The notes below the pieces were generated by a model, which ran no database searches, was not told where the DNA came from, and saw nothing but the letters and a program-made list of their open reading frames with translations. Made by a program: the position numbers and the translations under genes. From an uncultured Gammaproteobacteria bacterium (GTDB taxonomy: Bacteria; Patescibacteriota; Microgenomatia; Levybacterales; UBA12049): DNA of 64,000 nucleotides. Location: NCBI GenBank assembly GCA_964414015.1, contig CAYPUE010000001.1, forward strand, positions 8,893 through 72,892, given 5' to 3'. This document shows, one piece after another, positions 57,148-64,000 of this stretch. Position 1 is the first letter of the stretch; each line of letters begins with the position of its first letter.

Positions 57148-58664
57148 ATCTTTTTTTTAATTACCGCAAACAAAAGCGCGCCAAAACTTATTATTGAAAT
57201 TAAATCCGCTGCCAATCTGATCGGTGTTTCCTCAAATGCAACCTTAACGTTATTCTGTCCCTTATCAAGATTTAATCTTATTAATCCCTGCTGATTATTA
57301 TAATCTATATTTGCTCTTTTCCTGTTGACAACCGCCATCCATCCCGGAAAATAAACCGTATTCACCTGAATTGTTCTTGGCGTTGGTAAATAAACATCAA
57401 ATGAGATTTGTTTCGGACTAATAATAGTTGTGTTAATTTTTTCCTGACCGTTTAAATTTTCAACTTTGGCGTTTGGTCTTGCAGATGGAAGAGCTTTAAC
57501 CCATTTTGGCATATATTCATTTTTTATTGTTGTTGTTGCCTCATTGGTTGCGTAAAATGTATCTCTTTTATCGAAAAACAAAGAAGGGCTGATAAATTGT
57601 CTGGCAGAAAAACCCAACAGCAATAATAGAATTACTGCCATAATAATTTTTAAATTTTTTGCCAATAATGAAAGCGACACTGCTGCCAAAAATGCCCCAC
57701 ATGAAATTGTCAAAGATAAAAAACGGAAAGGAAATTGAATAAAAGAAACCGGCAGAAAATTCCATAAAGGTTTACTTAATTCTACGGAAAAAAATAAAGA
57801 CAAAATACCGATAATAAAAAATAGAACTGTTAATCTGTGTTTGGCAAGCGCAATTTTATTAGTAAGAAAAAGAATTATTGTTAAAAAGAAAACAAAAATG
57901 ATCGGTATGCCAATTAAACTGCTATTTACGAAGTAATTGCTCCATTCTGAAACAGCAGTTTGGGAAAAAACCGTATATTGCAAATCCGCTATGGCCGGAA
58001 GCCAGAAAAAGGAGGAAACGCCTAAACCCAAAGTCACAGTAAATAGTAAATAGTAGATAGTAGATAGTTTTCTGAAAATAAAGTAAACAATAATAACAGG
58101 CAAAAACAAAACTGCCAGAGTATTGTGGGAAAGAATTAAAAGAGCAATGCCTATACTTGTCCAAAAAAGACTTTTACGCTCAATTTGCCAAAAGATAAAT
58201 GGGACGATTGCCAAAGCCAAGACTTCCCCGACAGATCCTCGTTTGTAAATATCATATAAGTGATATGGGACATAAAGATAAAAAAGTGCGCCGACAAATG
58301 ATTCAAGTTTTCCGAAAAACTTTCTTAGCCAAAGATATGCGAAAACCAAAGAGCCGGCCATGGACAAACCGAAAATTATTTTGATTGAATTGACAAAACC
58401 GAAACCCAAAAGTTTCGGTACCTCTGCCAAATACATGAAACCGGGATATAAAAAATTTGCCACCGGATAACCGTACTCGTAATTAAGTCTGGATAAAAAG
58501 CGCACTGGAAATTCTCCGGCTCTTAAAGCCTGATGAAAAGCAGAAAATCTGATAATCATCCATTCTCCGTCATCGCTTTGAAAAAATCCAGGATGAAAAA
58601 GAGAAGCAATAGATGGAATTGCAAAAATAATTAAGATAAAAATTAAAAATAAATTCTTCTTCAT
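57144..58664 (-). CDS. GT-C membrane protein ('PTPS-related'/YfhO-like subfamily)
   Basis: SDDG.W..IR, FPVR, YGYP..NF, YKRGSVGE, SHN, FWLPA, IQFPFRF, EYMP, YFPGW. Confidence 0.8.
   Translation of the reverse strand: MKKNLFLIFILIIFAIPSIASLFHPGFFQSDDGEWMIIRFSAFHQALRAGEFPVRFLSRLNYEYGYPVANFLYPGFMYLAEVPKLLGFGFVNSIKIIFGLSMAGSLVFAYLWLRKFFGKLESFVGALFYLYVPYHLYDIYKRGSVGEVLALAIVPFIFWQIERKSLFWTSIGIALLILSHNTLAVLFLPVIIVYFIFRKLSTIYYLLFTVTLGLGVSSFFWLPAIADLQYTVFSQTAVSEWSNYFVNSSLIGIPIIFVFFLTIILFLTNKIALAKHRLTVLFFIIGILSLFFSVELSKPLWNFLPVSFIQFPFRFLSLTISCGAFLAAVSLSLLAKNLKIIMAVILLLLLGFSARQFISPSLFFDKRDTFYATNEATTTIKNEYMPKWVKALPSARPNAKVENLNGQEKINTTIISPKQISFDVYLPTPRTIQVNTVYFPGWMAVVNRKRANIDYNNQQGLIRLNLDKGQNNVKVAFEETPIRLAADLISIISFGALLFAVIKKKI
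58038..58068. repeat. In-frame heptamer array AGTARAT x4.4
   Basis: agtaaat agtaaat agtagat agtagat agt; encodes LSTIYYLLFT. Confidence 0.85.
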
Positions 58665-58671
58665 TTAAATT

Positions 58672-60309
58672 TTATTTGGTCTCTAAAATCGTAAACATGA
58701 ACTGATTGTTTGGCAAAATTACATCGTATCTTGGGTTATAATTCGACCGCAAAGACATCGGGACATCTGAAGACCAATCGATAAGCAATGTATTTTTTAA
58801 ATTTATATCTTTCTTCCAGTCAATCGGCCTAAATTCATATCTGCCAAAACTTTTGACATACACGAATTCATCTTCTGTCGGCGCATATCTGACAGCTTGT
58901 TTTTGATATAGAAAAGGATCGTATTTGCTGTAAAAAAGAAGATAAATATAAGGCTCGTATTGCGGTCTTGCCATAATTATTTTTTGGGAAGAAAACTGGG
59001 GTTCTGCCAGCAACAAATTTAATTCTTTATAACCCAAACCCCAATTTTGCGCCTCATTTCTTGGGAAATGTACATAATATCTATCCAGATATAAAGAAAA
59101 ATTTATAATAAACAAAAACGCAATTATAGAAACTGCAAATATTCTCCATTTTTTATTGATCAGGCCCGTGAACGACCACAAACCAAAAGCTGTAACCAAA
59201 GGCAGAATTGGAAAAATCGCAAACATTCTGTTGGCATGCGGCGCATCTTTGGTAATACTGGCTGCAATTGGAGAAATAAAAAACCACCACAAAACCAAAT
59301 ACTTTTCTTTGCCCTTTTTAAAAACGACTAAATAAACCAATCCTAAGAAAAGAAACGGCGCTTCAACTAAATACATATTGCCGAAATCAGCAATGTTGTG
59401 CGCTTTATTAGTTCCTCCGCTGACGAATAGAAACTGGCCGGAAAAAGCATTGATGTAATTTTGTCCGAATCTTTCCAAGCCAAAAACAACACGGTTATGC
59501 GTTAATCTAGTGAAAAAAGAATTAAGATTGCCATGTTCCAATCTTGGCAATTCGATTTGCGCGTGTACAACCGACGGATCGCCGAAAATACCAATTCCTG
59601 AAATCTTTGTTTTATCTGCGCCAAAAAGTGTTTGGGAAAAAATAAAACCGGACATTGCTAAAAAAATAACTATCGCAATTATGGTTGTTTTTGTTATTTT
59701 TATCTCTAAGCGATAAATAAGCAATAAACCCAAGACGATAAGGCTAGTAAAAACATGGTTTCCTGCGTAAGTAAAATAAGTCAAAGCGAAGAAAAAAGCT
59801 GCAGGAATTATCAGCCAATGTTTTTTCTTCAGACTGTTGAGAAAACAAATCATCCCCAAGACAACAAAGAGAACTGCGGTATTGGATTCTGACTCAACTC
59901 TGGATAAGTGCAGATGCCACGGTGAAATTCCAATTAAAAACATTGCTAAAAAAGCTAATAAATTATTTTTGAAAAGCAACTTTATCAAGAAAAATGCCAG
60001 ACCAACCGAAGCAATACCAACCAAAGCCGAAGGCAGCCGGACAGCCAATTCCGAAAGCCCCAGAACGCTAACAAACGGCACAACGCTATAAATATAGACC
60101 GGCAGTTTCCAATCGCCAAAAGACTGAAACGATAAAGGCATAAATCGGCCGTACTCATCACGCCCGGTATGTAGAATTGAATAAGCAGTATAGCCGATGG
60201 ATGCCTCGTCTTGATTTACTCCGGGAGGAACAGAGTCTAAATGATAAAGCCTTAGGAGGGCGGCGAGAAAAAGAATGATAAAAAAAACGAGCAGCAATTT
60301 CTTACTCAT
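58672..60309 (-). CDS. GT-C glycosyltransferase, ArnT/PMT_2-like
   Basis: QDEASIGYTAYS, DEYG, GDWK.P, VRLPSA, ISPWH..LSR..SE, PHANR. Confidence 0.85.
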   Translation of the reverse strand: MSKKLLLVFFIILFLAALLRLYHLDSVPPGVNQDEASIGYTAYSILHTGRDEYGRFMPLSFQSFGDWKLPVYIYSVVPFVSVLGLSELAVRLPSALVGIASVGLAFFLIKLLFKNNLLAFLAMFLIGISPWHLHLSRVESESNTAVLFVVLGMICFLNSLKKKHWLIIPAAFFFALTYFTYAGNHVFTSLIVLGLLLIYRLEIKITKTTIIAIVIFLAMSGFIFSQTLFGADKTKISGIGIFGDPSVVHAQIELPRLEHGNLNSFFTRLTHNRVVFGLERFGQNYINAFSGQFLFVSGGTNKAHNIADFGNMYLVEAPFLFLGLVYLVVFKKGKEKYLVLWWFFISPIAASITKDAPHANRMFAIFPILPLVTAFGLWSFTGLINKKWRIFAVSIIAFLFIINFSLYLDRYYVHFPRNEAQNWGLGYKELNLLLAEPQFSSQKIIMARPQYEPYIYLLFYSKYDPFLYQKQAVRYAPTEDEFVYVKSFGRYEFRPIDWKKDINLKNTLLIDWSSDVPMSLRSNYNPRYDVILPNNQFMFTILETK

Positions 60310-60320
60310 TACGTAGCTTT

Positions 60321-60326
60321 ATTATA
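60321..60326 (-). promoter_or_regulatory. -10 box TATAAT 11 nt upstream of the ATG at 60309
   Basis: Perfect hexamer in a 141-nt intergenic gap. Confidence 0.45.
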
Positions 60327-60450
60327 GTCAATATGAGTATAAAGCGCAAAATTACCTTGAAGCCAAATAAGAAAAGTTACCTTTCGTTATAGGAGATACA
60401 AGTTTAGCGTCACGCAATGTGCGTTGCGGGGAATGGGTATAGTGGGGTTG

Positions 60451-62829
60451 TTAGCTTGTTCGTTTGGGGGTGAAAAGAAAAATGACTAGAAGTAAAACGC
60501 TGACAATAGAAGTCCAGAGGCCGAGTTGAAAGGAGAAAGGATTGTAGATAAAATCTATTTTGTGCTCCCCTGCCGGAACGAAAACACTTCGGAAAGCATA
60601 ATCTGCTCTATATATAGTACTCTGCCTCCCATCAATGTAAGCTTTCCAGCCAGGATAATAAGTATCGGAGAGAAAAAGCAAATTGTTGTTAGTTGCATTT
60701 ACCTTAACTACGATTTTATTTGGTTTATATTGCAAGATGCTTACCGATTCGGGATTATTGTTAAATTGTCCGATTGCTAAATTGTTAGGACTTAAACCTT
60801 TAGGATTTTTTTCTAATAAAATTGTTTTGCCCGGATCAAAATCCTTGGCGAAAAATAATTTTTCAAACTCTTCTTTATTATTGAAAGTCTTATAATCCGA
60901 TACTAAAAATGCGCGGGGCAGGACCTTGGTATTCTCAAATATTTTCCAGCCGTTTTGTTCATAAATTAAATTAAATCTATCCGCAGGAAAATCATTTTGC
61001 GTACTGGCATTTTCCGCTCTGTCCAAAACATATTTAACTCCGAGCAAATCCAATATTTTCAACCGGTAAGGATTAGTACTAAGATTGCCTGTTTGATCTA
61101 TATTCGCATCCGACCGGGTTTGGCCGGTAAAATTAGTTTCAATCCTGCCGTTGGCTGCTGCCTGAATAAATTCTCCGTATCTTTTCGGGTACAAAGGATC
61201 ATAACCCTGGGGGGAAAAAAGCTGATATTCTGTGGCAAAATTAGCTTCAATATTACCGGCTTGATATCCCCAAAACCTGTTAATCCCTGCTTTTCCTTGC
61301 AGGAAATTTAAAACTTGGGCATTGGGAAAAACCAATTCTTTGGGAGAAAATGGATTAAATTTTTCAAATGAACGCCACAAGTCAAAAACATTAATCAGCA
61401 ATAAAATCATTAAAATGAAATATCTTAATTTTTTATTCCAAACCGCTATTAACAGTAAAACAGCAGAAATAAGAATAAGAGCCATGGAGTAAGAGAGATT
61501 GCGCAAAGAAATCTGCAGCTGGATGTTTAAACCGTAAGCATTAGTCTTTTGTAAAAATAAGGTAACAGCGTATAACAGTAAAAAGAATAAGATAACCGGC
61601 AGGACCAAGTAAAAATATTTTTTAAGTCTGATATTTTCTTTCTCCAAAAAGTCAATTCCCAGTCCTGCTAAGATACTGGCTGCAAAACAGAATAAAAATA
61701 CTGCGAGTGTAGGCGCGCTTCCTGAAATAAGCGGCAAATTTATTCTATAAAGAAGGGCTGTCAGCGGATTGTTGGTAACCAAAATTAAAACTATTACAGC
61801 TGTCCAAAGAAAAAACTTCTTGAAGGGATTTTTTTGGGAAAAAATGCCGAATAAAATAAAAATAACAGCTGTAATGCCAATGGAAGTAACTTTTCCGACA
61901 TAAGTATCGAAAAGCCAGTAATTTCTGGTTGCGGGATTACCAAAAAAATCAGGAACCAAAAACATTATCAGCTGATAAGGCTGGATCAAAATTTTATTGA
62001 TTAAAAAATCATACTGGTGAGGACTTCTGGCTGCTTCTCTAATTAATTCTATTCCCGGAATAAGCTGAACTGCTCCTAAACCTAAAGACAAAATGCTTAA
62101 AAGACCAAACCACACCGCCGATTTCCTGTTTCGAAAAATAAAATAGATGATTGAAAAACCGAAAAGATAAACAAAAATCTGAATATGTCCTGCCAAAAGC
62201 GAGGACACAAGTGAGAAAACAAAAATTAATATCCATTTCTTTTCTCTTTTTTCCAAAAGCTTTTCAATTGCCAAAAGAAGCAGAGGCAGCCACAGAATCA
62301 CTTGATCAATCGTGTTGTATTCAAACCAGACAGTCATAAATAAGGAAAAAGCAAAGGCACTCGCGGCAAAAATTGCTCCTAATTTTCCTAGGTTTATTTT
62401 TCTGGCATACAGATAGGTAAAAAGCCCTGCCAAAAGCGGCTGAAGCATAACCAGCATAATCCAAGCGCTAAGCTTTGCTGTTAATAAATAGGCAATATTT
62501 AAAGGATAAAAAACAGCCGACTGAAAATTGGCCAGAAGCGGTGCACCGGAAAAATTATAAGGATTCCACAAAGGCAATTGTAAATTTGTAAGCGCATCAA
62601 TCACAAGAGTTTTCCAGGGATATAGCTGGCGAAGAACATCAAAATATTGGGCTTTATTGGGAAATGATCCTGGAACATAACCCAAGTAAGAATAGGTTTT
62701 CCAGGGATTGTACTCTGCGACCAATAAATCTCCGGGAAAAGGAACAAGTCCGAAAAGAACAGTTTTATAAAAAAAGAAAGTCCCAAGCAATAATAACAAC
62801 AGAATAATTAAAAACCATTCTTTTTTCAT
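60451..62829 (-). CDS. YfhO-like GT-C membrane protein
   Basis: D.LRQLYPWK, PLWNPYNFSGAPLLANFQS, GHIQ, PDFFGNP, GYDPLY, LPRAF, YYPGWKA. Confidence 0.82.
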   Translation of the reverse strand: MKKEWFLIILLLLLLGTFFFYKTVLFGLVPFPGDLLVAEYNPWKTYSYLGYVPGSFPNKAQYFDVLRQLYPWKTLVIDALTNLQLPLWNPYNFSGAPLLANFQSAVFYPLNIAYLLTAKLSAWIMLVMLQPLLAGLFTYLYARKINLGKLGAIFAASAFAFSLFMTVWFEYNTIDQVILWLPLLLLAIEKLLEKREKKWILIFVFSLVSSLLAGHIQIFVYLFGFSIIYFIFRNRKSAVWFGLLSILSLGLGAVQLIPGIELIREAARSPHQYDFLINKILIQPYQLIMFLVPDFFGNPATRNYWLFDTYVGKVTSIGITAVIFILFGIFSQKNPFKKFFLWTAVIVLILVTNNPLTALLYRINLPLISGSAPTLAVFLFCFAASILAGLGIDFLEKENIRLKKYFYLVLPVILFFLLLYAVTLFLQKTNAYGLNIQLQISLRNLSYSMALILISAVLLLIAVWNKKLRYFILMILLLINVFDLWRSFEKFNPFSPKELVFPNAQVLNFLQGKAGINRFWGYQAGNIEANFATEYQLFSPQGYDPLYPKRYGEFIQAAANGRIETNFTGQTRSDANIDQTGNLSTNPYRLKILDLLGVKYVLDRAENASTQNDFPADRFNLIYEQNGWKIFENTKVLPRAFLVSDYKTFNNKEEFEKLFFAKDFDPGKTILLEKNPKGLSPNNLAIGQFNNNPESVSILQYKPNKIVVKVNATNNNLLFLSDTYYPGWKAYIDGRQSTIYRADYAFRSVFVPAGEHKIDFIYNPFSFQLGLWTSIVSVLLLVIFLFTPKRTS
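60756..60787. repeat. In-frame octamer array NATTGYYM x4
   Basis: tattgtta aattgtcc gattgcta aattgtta; encodes NNLAIGQFNN. Confidence 0.6.
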
Positions 62830-64000
62830 AGCAATTTTCGTACAGGCTTAAAAATTCCAAAGACGAGTAAAACCGTAATTGCCAAAACCGTTAATAAATC
62901 CGCTGTCAATCTTAATTTATTTTCGCCGAAAGCAACTGTTATCTGGTGTTCTCCTTGCGGTACGTAAAAAGTAATCTGTCCCCGCCAATTTTGGTCCTGG
63001 AATTGGATAGGAACCGAAACGCCCTCCACAAGCACCCGCCAGCCGGGATAATACTGGGTATGGTTAACCAGCTGAATTTTGGTCTTGGCATTAACAGTAA
63101 AGGTCTGAAGATTTGATTTTTTCTTAAAGTTGGAAATTTCTCCTTGTCCGCCGATTAATTCTATTCTTTGCTTGGGATAACTTACTGCCGGGCCCTTAGA
63201 CCAAATCAGATCGGTTTCTCCGTAATAAGTGGTATTCAGAGGAAAATTCCAATAATAATCTTCATTGATTTTATCAAGGCCAAGCTGGGGCTTCCAATAA
63301 TACACGGTTGAAAAAATAACTAAAAAAAGTAACACAACATAAACTATTTTTTGGGAGAAAAATTTATAGCGGAAGACGAAAACCGATAAAAGCGATAACG
63401 CAAGCCCGCTGACTGATAGGAATCTCCAGGGAAATTGAAACTGCCTAAGCAAAGCTATGTTTGCCCAAATTGGTTTAGATACAGGCTGCATCATCAATAA
63501 TGAAATTGCGAAAATTAAAAGTGCGAAAATAAGTAACTTCTTTAATTTTGATTCCAGTTTTTTAAAATTAAATAGTGCAAAAATAGAAACTAGCAAAACT
63601 ATTGTGTGGAAAGTCCCCAATTGTACAGCTACTCCTCCTGTCTGAAACCCAACAGTATTAAAAAAATTAGGAATAAAGAAATTTTGAATTGGCGGAAAAT
63701 GGGAAAGATAAACATTCTTCATAAATAAATCTCCGTAGGTGTATTTATGTTCCAAAATTGCCGGCAGCCAATAAAAAGCCGAAAGCATTAGTCCTAAAAA
63801 AAGAGACATTAAACCCCAAAAATAATGCTTGCTATTTTTTCCAAAAACAAACACAAAAGCGAAAATCACGCCAAAGAAAACCAGACTAATTGCATTGTGG
63901 GAAAGCACAAGCAAACCTGTTGCCATAGATGTTAAAACCAAGTATTTGTAATTTAATTTGCTAAACAAAAGAGTAAGTCCCCACAAAACCAGAGGTAGAA
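62826..64000 (-). CDS. GT-C membrane protein ('PTPS-related' subfamily), 5' end beyond the window edge
   Basis: SHN, YWLPA..E, FQFPWRF, YYPGW; the reading frame is open to the window end. Confidence 0.78.
   Translation of the reverse strand, partial: LPLVLWGLTLLFSKLNYKYLVLTSMATGLLVLSHNAISLVFFGVIFAFVFVFGKNSKHYFWGLMSLFLGLMLSAFYWLPAILEHKYTYGDLFMKNVYLSHFPPIQNFFIPNFFNTVGFQTGGVAVQLGTFHTIVLLVSIFALFNFKKLESKLKKLLIFALLIFAISLLMMQPVSKPIWANIALLRQFQFPWRFLSVSGLALSLLSVFVFRYKFFSQKIVYVVLLFLVIFSTVYYWKPQLGLDKINEDYYWNFPLNTTYYGETDLIWSKGPAVSYPKQRIELIGGQGEISNFKKKSNLQTFTVNAKTKIQLVNHTQYYPGWRVLVEGVSVPIQFQDQNWRGQITFYVPQGEHQITVAFGENKLRLTADLLTVLAITVLLVFGIFKPVRKLL

Noticed and set aside
32151-59935. Recurring DNA string like TGCCATGGGGAAATTGCCA (about 32151, 33799, 35405, 38702, 59915)
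   Set aside because: It encodes the conserved [A/G][I/V]SPWH motif of the ArnT-like paralogs, so it reflects protein conservation, not a DNA repeat or CRISPR.
55651-64000. Impression of slightly higher GC (more CCG/GCC codons) in the last 8 kb
   Set aside because: Not quantified and no boundary feature was seen; it needs a sliding-window GC and codon analysis.
1-64000. tRNA/rRNA genes, CRISPR arrays, IS elements, integrases, reverse transcriptase/DGR, alternative genetic code
   Set aside because: Intergenic gaps are all under about 145 nt with no such structures, no ORF has the relevant motifs, and genes are full length under the standard code with TGA used as stop.

Overview
This is a gene-dense, AT-rich bacterial window devoted entirely to surface-glycan synthesis. 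It encodes about 54 proteins and has no rRNA, tRNA, CRISPR array or transposase. The proteins comprise about 20 polytopic GT-C-fold glycosyltransferase candidates (ArnT/PMT_2-like, 'PTPS-related', YfhO-like, GT87/MptA-like, DUF2079), 12 GT2 enzymes (7 of polyprenol-phosphate-sugar-synthase type, one apparently catalytically dead), 4 GT4s, 2 Wzx-type flippases and rare-sugar modules. The rare-sugar modules are a C-methyltransferase, a PglF-like dehydratase with an aminotransferase, a split TPP enzyme with an SDR, an FAD/SDR/TIM-barrel module, an RmlC-like cupin and GalE. The repertoire, with DUF5652- and DUF5667-like genes, suggests a Patescibacteria/CPR (Microgenomates-like) genome; this is an inference. 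Structure not explained by the gene calls includes: (1) 7- and 8-bp tandem arrays inside coding sequences, which recur at homologous positions of paralogs with different repeat units; (2) two divergent genes whose start codons overlap in one CATG, each with TATAAT exactly 7 nt upstream; (3) many -10 boxes 6-7 nt before start codons, suggesting leaderless mRNAs; (4) convergent genes sharing palindromic stop codons; and (5) small REP-like hairpins, some inserted in frame. All family calls come from reading motifs by eye; no searches were run.
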